Positions 25,388-37,637 of a stretch of 64,000 nucleotides of DNA are shown here, piece by piece. Position numbers and translations under genes: made by a program. This DNA is from Mobula hypostoma (taxonomy: Eukaryota): NCBI RefSeq assembly GCF_963921235.1, contig NC_086108.1, positions 57,662,001 through 57,726,000 of the forward strand, read 5' to 3'. Numbering within the stretch: position 1 is the first letter of the stretch; the number at the start of each line of letters is the position of its first letter. The notes below the pieces were generated by a model. That model searched no databases, was not told where the DNA came from, and was given only the letters and a program-made list of their open reading frames with translations.

Positions 25388-27333
25388 CAGGGCCTTGGAG
25401 AAAGTATTCAGCCCTCACAACTATTTTCACATTTTACTGTCACATTTTCTAAATTTGAAGTATATTGAAGTAGGATTTTTTGAACTTATCTACAAAGCAT
25501 TGCCTATCATGTCAAATTGAAAGAAAAAATCCAAAACCTGTCAAGAATTTACTAAAAATTTAAAACAAAATTGTGGCAAATTGGCTGAAGAAGTACTCAG
25601 GTGCAATATTGTATTTTACCTGATCAAATCACATTTGTTATATAGAAATTTGGAGGATCAACTGAATAAATACCTCCTCTCTCTGTGAGGTCCAACTGTG
25701 TGGTAGATTTTCAGCAGACCAAACCGAAATGAAGAGGAAAGAACATTCAAGGCAAATCAGGGAAATGAAAATAGAGAAGCACAAATCTGGGGAAGGGTAC
25801 AAGACCGTCCCAAAGGCATTTGTAGCCTGGGGAAAAAGAACACGCTCAGGACAACAAAGACTTTTTCAGGTTTTTAATTCCTTTATTGGTTTTCGATGTT
25901 TAAGTGCCAGTAGAGGGTCGCGAAACAAAACGAACAAAGTTACAACCCGTTCTCGCTGTTACAATCTCAGTTTAACTTTTGATCCACACCCTTGTGTATG
26001 AACAGAATTGCGTATGCAGTATAAAAATACCAGAACTAATATGGTACAAATACAGTAGTGGCAATCCTGAAGGAACACAATACAAACAACATTAGAATCC
26101 CACCCACCCTGCATCTTATACATAACAGCGAAAAGTGTAAGTGAATACGTCTCATCTAGGACGTACTCACGTGCTGAACTTCTGAACAGAGACTAAGCAT
26201 TCACGTTACGCGGTTACATGCACAATCAGACCCGATACAATAAAGTTAGGCAAAAGGTACACTTTGGCACAACTTTTACAAGGTATTGCCTGGTAGTTAA
26301 ATTACAGGAAGACTGACCTACTTGGCTGGTGAGGAACTTTGCCCAAGCCACGCAATCCAGCGTTGAGTCACTTACTCGAGAAAATCTAAAGCATCCACAT
26401 GTAAAACATGTCAAATTACCGATATTCTCGATCTGCCAACAAGCACAAACGAATTCACATGGATATCATCAATTAATGCTCACCTTTCCTCACCATGCCC
26501 AGCAGCCCCTGGGAGAGGCCCAATTTCCAACGCCCCACCAGCGTCTTCAGCAGAAACAAAATGGTCTCCCCACTCTCCCGCATGTGTGTAATGACATCAC
26601 AGTTTCCCTTAAAGGCACAGGCAACTATTCTAGCATTACCCGGATGGATGCCGAAGTACACTTTTAACGATACTGAATAAGATCTGACGGTCACCCGGTT
26701 ACACACTGAATGTACATTGGAGCTCAGTGAAAAAACATGAAACCACAGCCACACTGACTAGGTCAGGCTGCCTCTCTAAACTTAGTCACAGGAGAAGAAT
26801 GGCACTTGTAAGAGAGGCTACTATGATGCCAGCAATTCATGGCTCCACAATCTCTAAGGCCTTACAAAAAAAAAGGGTATTTATGGAAGAGTAGCATAAA
26901 AGAAACCCAGGCTAAAAATAATCATCTCCTTGCCCGTAAAGACTTTGCAAAGTGTCACTTAGTAAATACTGTAAGGATGTGGAAGATGACTTGTGGTCAG
27001 ATTAAAATGAAGTGGAACATTTTGGCCTCAATACTAAAACTGCACATCAGCCAGGCAACACCATCCCTTCTGTAAAGTATGATGGAGGGAGCATCATGCT
27101 ATGGGGATGCTTTTCAGCAGAAAGGCCTGGAAATCTGGTCAGGATTGATGGGTAGATGAATGCTGTTAAATACAGAGAGATTCTGAATAAAAACCTGTTG
27201 GCCTCTGCCAGAAAGTTTAAACTGCGGAGGAAGTTTGTCTTTCAGCAGGGCAATGACTCAAAGCACACTGCCAGTGCAACCATGGATTTATGTGAACAAA
27301 GGGTTAGGGGCTGAATACTTTTACAAGGCACTG
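25388..27333 (+). mobile_element. Tc1 transposon with a decayed transposase
   Basis: TIRs cagggccttggagaaagtattcagccc / gggctgaatacttttacaaggcactg; TA TSD; MKRKEHSRQIRE..GEGYK at 25729; GGSIMLWGCF and FQQGNDSKHT near 27085-27270. Confidence 0.93.
25821..26703 (-). mobile_element. Solo LTR (883 bp) inserted in the Tc1 transposase
   Basis: tgtagcctggg...cccggttaca termini; 4-bp TSD catt / cact; AATAAA on the minus strand near 25882-25887; Tc1 frame resumes after it. Confidence 0.8.
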
Positions 27334-27354
27334 TACTTGTGTTGTGGTTCATTA

Positions 27355-27790
27355 AATCAGATCAGAATTATTATTACTGGTGTATGATGTGAAATATATT
27401 TTGTGGCAGCAATACAGTGCAAGACATAACATTCATAAATTGCAAAACCAGGAAGTGCAAATGAGAGGAATAATGAGGCAGTGTTCATGGACCATTCAGA
27501 AATCTGATAGCATCAGGAAAGAAGCTGTTCCTAAATCATTGAATATGGTCTTCAGGCTCTTGTACCCCCTTCTCTGATGGTCGAAACAACAAGAGGGTAT
27601 GTCTTGGATGGTGGAAGTTAGTGATGGATGCTGCCTTCCTGAGAGAAAGTCTCTTCAAATGGTCATTGATGATTGTGAGAGTCGTGCCTATGATGGAACT
27701 GGCTGAGTCTATGCCTCTGCAGCCTCTTGTGCTCGTGTGCATTGGAGGCTCCATACCAAGCTATGATACAATCAGTTAGAATGTTCACCA
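27355..27790 (-). mobile_element. Rex1/Babar 3' fragment
   Basis: ORF 27536-27754 LRKAASITNFHHPRHTLL; tail tcagatcagaatt. Confidence 0.8.
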
Positions 27791-30309
27791 GGCATTCACA
27801 TAACTGTGAAGGCATTCAGCTGAGGACTTGTGATTTTTAAATGCACCCCTTGGCAGGTCATGCATGAGCAAACTCACTCTGCTTTCTGATGCATATCTAG
27901 ACAGATATAAAGGGCAGACTTGGAAGAACTCTTGAACTTTCAACATGAGAGGAAATGATTGCGAGAGTCCTTATTTGGCCGAATCTGTAAGTTTGATATT
28001 AAATGTAATTATGTAACATTTTACTGGAAATTGACAAAAATTGTTTTATTGCACAAGTTTATGATGTGAATGAAGTGTATTCCTGAAATGATAATATGAT
28101 GCATGTTTTGGCTTTGCGAGATCTCTTGGCCTGGTGTTTGCTGGAACAGGTCCGCTTTTGACATGTTCCATTAGTTGGATTTTAAATTGTATTTTAGATT
28201 TTATAATTTTTGCCTTCACTGAAAATGGTGCGGCAAGCATAGCTAAATGTTGGAACCTGTTAGACAGGGACACAGAGTCTATATTCTTAATCATTGAGAA
28301 TTAAGGATTGAGAAGTAAACAAAGGAAGAGCTCCAAAGGAGTGTGAATTTGAGTGGGTGAATTCAATGTCATATCAAACACTGGGCAAGAATGTTTGATG
28401 AGAGAGATTAAAAAGATGTAAAAGTTTCATGAAATTAAATTTGATTTGCAATCCGGAAGAATGAAATACCTGGCTTAAAATTGTATTAGTTGTGGGAAAA
28501 AGAAGTTGATCGCCAGTCACTAATATCGTTTTGATAGAAATAGAGTCAGGCATGTAAAGACATTTGACTTCTTTGAATTTTATGCAGTTTGTATATTACA
28601 GCTTTCATGAGTAATATAAATACTCTTATCACTAATATGAAGCACAAACTATTCCATTTTCAAATCTCTTTATTTTATTCATAAACTCCAAATTAACTGA
28701 CATCGGCTGCGTATGATTATTTTTCAGATAGCCAGTTGGACTAAATGTATGTTCTTGAATCCAACTGTCCAACTCAATGGCAAATCTAATTGCATCTTTG
28801 TTGATTAGATCAGCATTACCAGCATTTGTACCTTCTCTTTATACCTATTACACATTCATAATTAGCTTCTGATTGGCTATCGAGATCATGTGCTCTTGAT
28901 GATTGGTCATCTGTACCATGTTTTTGTGTGGGCATAGGCAACTATTTTCTGATACAAACAATATGCCATATACAAATCAGTATGGCAACGTTTATCAGTG
29001 TTCTTGTGATTTGTAAATTGTCCTTCAGTTGTTATAACAGGACAGTTCAAAATTCAGATGTATTCTGCTGCGATATTTTTCCATTACTTTACTTTCTAGT
29101 TGAAAATTTTTTTGTTCTCTAACTATTTGCTGATTGGTAGGGTGATTACACATACAAAGTTCCATCGCTGTAGTCTGGATTTGAATCCAACTCCGAGAAA
29201 TCAAAGTTTAGTGGTTAACTTACTGCAACACTGTGTACTTTGTAAATATACTTAAAAAATATATATTTAAATAATAATTGCTAGAATTAATTTTCGGTGT
29301 CAGTTTAATGACTAGTTAATGTTCAACTACAGCAACTTGATAAAACGTATAGTGAAGTCAAAGGAAAGATTTTTTTTCACAAGTCTGACCTCTAAATGCA
29401 AACAAGTATGGTCATTCATAATTCTTGGGTTTTCACTTCCTTACTTGGCAAGCATTATTTCTACCTGGTAACATATGATCCGTTTTTTAAATAGCATTCT
29501 CAGTCAAGAAAATAACCATGTATTGTGTACTGAATGCACATTATAGTTAATTGAGAAAAATGTTCAATGTGTTACTTTTGGTCAAAGGCAATTGTGTTAA
29601 TTGCCTAACTGAGAGATGTTGAGTTTGTGCACAATTTTCAAACTAATTGCTTATTACCACGACTTGAATTTGCCTGAAAGTACTGAACCAGGTACCTGTA
29701 GGTCGAACAGTTGCGGGCTGATTAGGTGTAATTTCTGAAGAACCTTTTGTGCCTACTTCTGAAGGTGTAGTGTGCTGTATGTGGTTTAGCAGTGCATGAC
29801 TATTCAATAAGCACCAATTAGGGAGTGCACAAGTGCGCAGAGGCAAATCAGGATATTATGGCAGATGATTTCGCAGGCGGAGGGAAGTCTTTTGCAGCAG
29901 CCGATCATTGTCTGGCCTTGCCAGCATGCATTGCTCTTCCAGGCCAGACATGTGCGAAGATTAAGTCTCTCCTGGTGAATTTAAGGTGTGTAATAAACTG
30001 GAAGGGTATGTTGGTTTTGGGCTAAGGAAATATATACTGTAAAATGAATAGCTTGAGTGCTGAAATGTAGATGAACTGTCTCGTCATTGTAACTGCAACA
30101 GGAAATGAACATGAATTGTGTTTAAGCAAAGCTGGTTGCTATGAGAGGGGAGGAGAAGGAGATGGTAGTAAGATTATGTGTGAACATTTAAAAAAAAAAG
30201 TCTGGTAGTTCACCTTAATAGATGCCATCATCCTCATAAAGAACCTGGAGGCAAAACTTCTTGAAGCACTCTTTGGCTACCTTGCATGAAATATGCACAA
30301 AGTTATATT

Positions 30310-30750
30310 CAATCAGAAGCGGGCTTCTTATCACTGATGTATGTTGTAAAATATGTTTGTGGCAGCAGTACAGTGCAATACATAATGGACTATAAATTAA
30401 AGTAAGAAATATATCATATTTATTGTAATTTATATCCACTTTATAATAAATACCTTAAGAAATATGTATATATTTTGCAAATAAAAAGAGCAGAATAGTG
30501 AGTTAGTATTCATGATTTCATGGACTGTTTAGAAATCTGATGGCGGGGGGGGGTGCGGTGGGGAGAGAAGCTGTTCATTGTGTGTCTCCAGGGTCCTGTA
30601 CCTCCTCCCTGATGGCAATAATGACAAGAGGGCATGTGCTGGGTGGTGAGAATCCTTAATGAAGAAAGCTGCCTTAAGGCATCACCTTTTGAAGACATCT
30701 TTGATGATGGGGAGGTTAGTGTCCGGAGTGGAGCTGGTTGAGTTTACAAT
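30310..30750 (-). mobile_element. Rex1/Babar 3' fragment
   Basis: Same 3' UTR (ggcagcagtacagtgcaatac) and C-terminal coding remnant as other copies. Confidence 0.8.
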
Positions 30751-31584
30751 GTCCCAACATGAGGTGTTCCATAAATGGAATTTTCCCCTTTAACATCTAG
30801 GTAACATGGAATTATTTGAGACAAGAGGTCACAATGACCTTCAGACTAAGATGTTAGCACACATAGCAAACTTAAAAGTAGTACATTGTTGTTCGTGTGC
30901 TGTGAAAGCTGGGTTTTCTCTGCACTGTTAAATTACTGTCAATATATATTAAGTGGAAATGAAGGGCTATATAAATTGAAAATGCTAAAATTACTAGCCT
31001 TGCATGTTGGTTGAACAATTTAATTTGAGTGTGCATTTATGGTATGCAAAGTCGATGATTAATTAAAGAACAATTCTCAATTCACAATGGAAGCTACAGT
31101 TAATGAATGCAGTAATCACATTTTATTAACTGGAAGCACAGTAGTAAGATCAGTAAGCTTTCTTTGTGGAAATCTATTTTAAATTATCTTGGAATTCATG
31201 GAGAACATATTCAATAAATTGAGCAAAGAAATAAAAGCTGAAAGTAGTGGGATTGGTACCTTAGTGGTGATGACCAGCAGTCAAATTGGAATTTGTTAAT
31301 GGATAATACCATTTCAAAAAATAAAACACAAAAGGCAATATAAGAATATGATCTCTCAAAGCCCAAAGTCCCCATGTAGTAAAATATTCTGTAGAAAGTA
31401 ACTTGTAATTTCTCAACTATTTACCTTTTGTTATTCAAAGAAAAATGCCACAGATTTTAAGCTGGTGCATTTGTGCGTATAAAACCAGGTAAATATTATT
31501 CATTTTGCCTAAACAGTAACACTGTCCTTTCACGCAAGCCTATCCATTCTATCATTATTACATGTTATAAAGGAACAGCACTTA

Positions 31585-33605
31585 GACCATAAGACATAGG
31601 AGCAGAATTAGATTTCTTAGCCTATTGAGTCTGCTTTGCCATTCAATCATGGCTGATTTATTTTCCCTTTCAACTCCATTCCCTGCCTTCTCTCCGTAAC
31701 ATTTGACAAACCTTTCAAGAACCTATCAACCTCTGCTTTAAATATACCCAATGATTTGGCCTCTACAGCCTCCTGTGGTAGTGAATTCCACAGATTCACC
31801 ATTCCATGGCTAAAAAAAAATACTTCATCTCTGTTCTAACTGAAGATCCCTCTGGTCCTAGACTCCACCACTAAAGGAAACATCCTCTCCACATCCATTT
31901 TGTCTAGGCCTTTCAGTATTCGATAGTATTGGATGTTAAGCTCCCAACTATGATCTTCTTTGAGCTATGACTCAGTGATGCCCACAGTGTCATACCTGCC
32001 AATCTTTAAATGCACAATAATATCACCAGCCTTATTCTGTAAACTGTGTGTATTCAAGTATAACACCATCAGTGCTGTATTCATCACCATTTTGATTCTT
32101 CCCCCCATGTTACACTTCAGCTCCTCCCACTGACTGCAATTTTGCCCTGTCATCTGCCTGTGCTTCCTTACAGTCTCACTACACACTGCACCATGTTGCA
32201 TACCAAGTGCCCCATCCTCAGCCCTTACATTTCTGTTCTCATCTTTCTGACAAGTAGTATAAACTCTCCCCAACAACTCTAGCAAAGCTTCCCAGTAGGA
32301 TATTGGCTCCCCTCAGGTTCAGCTGTAACCTGTCCTTTTTGTACAGGTAATACTTCTTCCCCAGAAGAGGTCCCAATGATCCAGAAAACTGAACCCTGCC
32401 CCCTGCAGCAATTCCCCAGTCACACATTACTCTGCCAAATCATCTTGTTTTTGCCACTGCTGGCGCCTGGCACAGGCAGCATTCCAAGATTACTAATGTG
32501 GATGTCTGCTTTTCAGCTTTCCATCTAACTCCCTATATTCTCTCTTCAGGACCTCTTCCTTTTTCCTACCCATGTCATTGGTACCAATATGTATCTCAGC
32601 TTTCAGCTGCTCACCTGAGTACAGACAGCACGTGCAAACCCAGTAGCATTAAATGCTCCTCAGATATTAACCTATTGATTCCGGGGATCATTCACATAAA
32701 CCTCCTCTGGATCCTCTCCAATGCTAGCTCATCCTTTCTTTGATATGGGGCCCAAAACAGCTCTCAATTCTCCAAATGTGGTCTAACCAATGCTTTATGA
32801 AGCCTCAGCATTACATCCTTGCATTTATATTCTGGTGCTCTGAAAATGAATGGCTGACATTGCATTTGCATTCCTTACCACCGATTCATCGTGCAAGTTA
32901 ACTTTTGGGGAATCCTGCATTAGAAATCCGAAGTCCCTTTGCATCTACAATTTCTGAATTTTCTCTCCATTTAGAAAATAGTCTATCCTTTTATTCTTTC
33001 TACCAAAGTGTATGACCACGCACCTCCCAACGCTATACTCCATCTCCACTTTGTTGCCCATTCTTCTAGTCCATCCAAATCCTTCTGCAGAATCTATAAT
33101 TCCTCAGGACTACCTGCTCCTGTATCTGTCTTTGTATCATCTGCAAACTTGATCACTAAGCTATCAATTCCGTCATCCAGGTCAATAAGTGATAAGTAGT
33201 GGATCAAACACTGACCTCTGTGGAACACCACTAGTCACCAACAACCAGTCAGAAAATACCTGCTTTATTTCCACTCTGTGCTTCCTGCCAGTCAGCTAAT
33301 CTTCCATCCATGCTAGTATGTTTCTTGTAATACCTTGGGCTCTTATCTTGTTAAGCAGCCTCATGTGAAGCACCATGTCAAAGAACTTCTGAAAATCCAA
33401 GTTAACACCATCTTTCCTCTTAAGGAAATCCTGCTGACTTCAGCCTGTTTTATCAAGTGCCTCCAAGCTCCCGAAGCCTCAACCTGAATAATGGGCTCTA
33501 ACATCTTGCCAACCACTGAAGTCAGGCTAACTAGCCTATGATTTCCTGGCTTTTGCCTCCATCCTTTAAAGAGTGGAGTGATATTTGCAATTATCCAGTC
33601 CTTTG
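31585..33605 (-). mobile_element. Composite of CR1 fragments (3' end, ORF1/EN piece, RT piece)
   Basis: LYLNTHSLQNK..VGITES (31965-32285); WIIANITPLFK..VSLTSVVGKMLE (33361-33639). Confidence 0.85.
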
Positions 33606-34039
33606 GAAATTCTGCTAACGTAACCAAAATCATCATCATCTCCTGCTTTCGAGAAAAAGAGAAACTTAGAAAGAAGATTCAAGGTCTTTATGAGCACACT
33701 CTTGACGAGCATTCTAGTTTTCGTCACTTTTTAGCATTTTTTGCATTGTTCCAAAAAAATTGGAAGCAGATTTCTTAATCAATAATTGAGCAGTCTTTTG
33801 ATTTATTGAGCAAATGACACTTCTGAATCTCTTTTAATTAATTACACCTCAATACCAGAAATCTCATGTCATTTTGTAAGAGTCAAGGAGACAATAAAAG
33901 TTTCACAGGTTGTAATTTTAGTCTGGAATTCACTCAAATAAGAATATTGTCAACATTCAAAAATATTGATTTCAATGGTCAAATTGCTTGCTTTCTCTTT
34001 CAAAACCATTATTGTACCTAAGTAAAGATAATGACATCT

Positions 34040-35260
34040 CTGACAAACTTGTACAGAGATATAGTGGAGCTATTCTAACTAGTTATTTCATGGCCTGGCA
34101 TCCAAACTACAATGCACAGGAATACAAGAAGAAATTGCAAAGAGTGCTGACTTACCCAGTTCCATCATGGGTACAACTTTTTACGGTCATTGTCGTGATC
34201 GTAAGATCAGTTTTCTGGAGGGCGAACTTGTGAAAAACATTGGGCCTGGATAATGTTCCAGGGCCTATCTTTGGATCCTGTGTGGATCAGCTGGCAGGAT
34301 TATTTGCAGAAATTTTTAACTTCTCCCTGTGTAAATAAGATGATATTCCTTAATAACTACTGTCTAATGGCTCTAACATCAGCCATCATGAAGTGCTTTG
34401 AGAAGCTTGTTATAGTATACATCAATTCCCTCTTTCCAGACAGCCTCAACCCACTGCAATTTGCCTACCATCTGAAACATCTGCAGTGGACACCACCTCC
34501 TTGGGCCTAAGCTCCTCTCTGGAGCATCTGGACAGAATAGACACCTATGTCGGACTATTGTTTATTGACCACCGCTCTGCCTTCAGTACTATCATTCCAA
34601 GTGAACTCATCATTGAACTCCAAGCCCTGAGAGTTAATGCCTCCCTCTGCAACTGCATCCTTGACTTTCTGACCAACAGACTCCAATCAGTAAGGATAGG
34701 CAGCAACATCTCTGCTGTGATTATTCCAAATACTTGGTGCTCCACAAGGTTTTGTTGTCGGCCCCCAACTTTACTCATTGTAGACTTGTGAATGCATGGC
34801 TAGATTTTGTTCTAGCTCCATCTATAAGTTTGCAGATGAGACCACCAGTGGGCTGCATCTCAAATAACAATGAATCTGAGTACATGAAGGATGTAGAAAA
34901 TTTAATGACATGCTGTCATGACAGCCTTTCCCTCACTCAATGTCAGCAAAACAAGAGCTGGACATTTACTTCAGAAAGGGGGTATGCACGTGCCCCAGTC
35001 TTCGTCAATGGTGTTGGGATTGAGAGGGTTGGGAGCTTCAAGTTCCTCAGTGTGAATATTACCAATAGCCAGTCCTGATAAAAACTCACTGACGTCACGG
35101 CCAAGAATGCTCAGCAACACTTCTTTTTCCTCAGGAGGCTAAAGACATTTGGTGCCTCCACTTTGATTCTTATCAATTTTTCTCAATGCAGCACAGAGAA
35201 CATTCTTTCTGGATGTATAACAGCTTGGTATGGCAGCCACTCTGCACATGACCACAAGAT
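34040..35260 (+). mobile_element. Rex1/Babar RT fragments, degenerate
   Basis: ALTSAIMKCFEKLV, LNPLQFAY, LLFIDHRSAFSTIIP. Confidence 0.85.
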
Positions 35261-35980
35261 TCAGTCTTACACAACCAGAAGCCCTGGATGGGCTATGAGA
35301 TCTGCAATCTACTGAGGCCAGGTTAGTGGCATTCAGGTCTGGTGACTAAGCAGGATACAAGAGGTCCAGGTACAATCTCTGGAAAGCCATCTCACATGTG
35401 AAGTAGCACTTCCAGACCAAACCTGAATCACTGAAGGATGCTCAACAGTTATGGCCGGGCTTGAATGCTAGTACCTCTTACAAAGTGAAACCAAACGAAA
35501 TAGGTGATAACAAGGCTTAGTTCCCAAATCTTCTCAATGCCTTCTATACTTGCTTTGAACATCAAAACATGGATTAAAGTTTACGAACTCCTACGGCTTC
35601 TGATAACCCAGTGATTTCAGTCTCTGAGTCAGATATGAGAGCATCCTTCAGGAGGGTGAATCAAGGAAAGCATCTGGCTCAGATAGGATACCTGGCCAAG
35701 TACTAAAGACCTGTGCTTATTAACTGCCTGGAGTGTTCACCGATATCTTTAACCTCTTGCTTCGTCAGTCTGAGGTACCCACCTGGTTCAAGCAGGGTTC
35801 AGTTATACCGGTGCCTAAGAAGACTGTGGAAACCCGCTTCAATGACTAGCGCCAAGTAGCACTTGCATCTAGATCAGAATCAGGTTTAATATCACCAGTA
35901 CATGTCGTGAAATCTGTTAAATTTGCGGCAGCAGTACAATGCAATACATGATAGAAAAAGCTATGAATTAATGTAAGTAA

Positions 35981-37105
35981 ATCAAAGTTCAAGTAAAATA
36001 TGTTATTAGAGTACATACATGTCACCACATACAACCCTGAGATTCTTTTTCCGTGGGCATACTTAGCAAATCTATGGAACAGTAACTGTAAACATCAGGG
36101 ACTACAAACAGACCATGCAAATGCAGGTGTAAATAATTAGCAAAAAATAACAAGCATGAAATAACAATATTACAGTGTTCTCAAATGAGTCCTTAAATGA
36201 GTGTAGTTATCCCCTTTTGTTCTAGAGCCTGATGGTTGAGAGGTAGTAACTGTTCTTGAATACTGAGGCACCAGTACCTTCTACCTGATGGCAGCAGAGA
36301 GAAAAGAACATGGCCTGGGTGGTGAGGATCTTTGAGGGATGCTGCTTTTCTACAGAAACGTTTCATGTAGATGTTCTCAGTGGTTGGGAGGGTTTTAACC
36401 GTGATGTACTGGGCTGAATCCACTACCTTTTCTAGGGTTTTCCATGCAAAGGCATTGGTGATCCCATACCAGGCCATGATGCAGCCAGTCTGTCACTTCC
36501 TGCCACATTTGCCAAGGTTTCCGATGATATGCTAAACCTCCGCAGACTCCTGAGGAAGTAGAGGTGCTGTTGTGTTTGCTTCGCAATAATATTTATATGA
36601 TGGGTCCAGGACAGGTCCTCTGAGATAATAACACCCAGGAACTTAAAGTTACTGACCCCCTCCACCTCTAATCCTCCGATGATTATTGGTTCATGGACCT
36701 CTGGTTTCCTTCTTCTGAAGTCTACAATCAATTCCTTGGTCTTATTGACATTGACAATAGGCTATTGTTATTACATCACTCAGCAAGGTTTTCAATCTCC
36801 CTCCTGTATGCTGATTTCGATACAGCCCACAACAGTGGTGTCATCAGCCAGCTTGTTTATGGTGATGTGTATTTAGTCTGTGTACTTAGCCACACAGTCA
36901 TAGGTGTAAAGTGAGTAGAGCAGGGGACTAAGTATACATCCGTGCGGTGCTCTTGTGCTTATAGAGATTGTGCAGGAGATGTTTTTGCCAATCTGAACTG
37001 ACTTGGGCTCTACAAGTGAGGAAATCCAGGATCCAATTGCACAAGGGTGTATTGAGGCCCAAGTCTTAGAATTTACTGATTAGTTTTGCTGTAGACCTGT
37101 TGCTT
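35981..37105 (-). mobile_element. Second Rex1/Babar subfamily copy inserted in the 3' UTR of the previous one
   Basis: Distinct 3' end (caaagttcaagtaaaa..ccctgagattc); ORF 36432-36731 MIVDFRR..FKFLGVIISEDLSW. Confidence 0.8.
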
Positions 37106-37364
37106 CAGTATATATTTATATAAAAAAAGTTAAATTAAATAAGTAGTGTAAAAAATATAAAAAGGGTAGTGTGGTAGTGTTCATGGGTTCAATGTCCACT
37201 CAGAAATTGGATGGCAGAGAGGAAGAAGCTGTTCCTGAATTGTTGAGTGTTCCCTTTAGGTTTCAGTACCTCCTTGACGGTAGCAATGAGAAAAGGGCAT
37301 GTCCTGGGTAGTGGGGGTCTATAATGATGGATGCCAATTTTTTGAGGCACTACTCCTTGAAGAT

Positions 37365-37637
37365 AGGGTGGTATGGTAGCATAGTGGTTAACACAATGCT
37401 TTACAGTACTGAAGTTACAGGTACAATTCCCGCTGCTGTCTGTAAGGAGTTTGTATGTACTCCCTCTGACTGCATGGGTTTCCTCCCATGCTCCAAAGAC
37501 ATACTGGTTGGTAGGTTAATTGGTCATTGTAAATTGTCCCACGATTAGGCTGGGATTAAACTGGGGTGTTGCCGAGCAGCAAGGCTCAAAGTGCCAGAAG
37601 GGCCAACTTTGCACTGTATCTCAATAAGTAGTAAAGC
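37365..37637 (+). mobile_element. tRNA-derived SINE (HE1/V-SINE-like)
   Basis: tggtagcatagtggtt head; ggtaggttaattggtcattgtaaattgtccc body shared with 62352-62625; the host Rex1 resumes at 37638. Confidence 0.85.
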
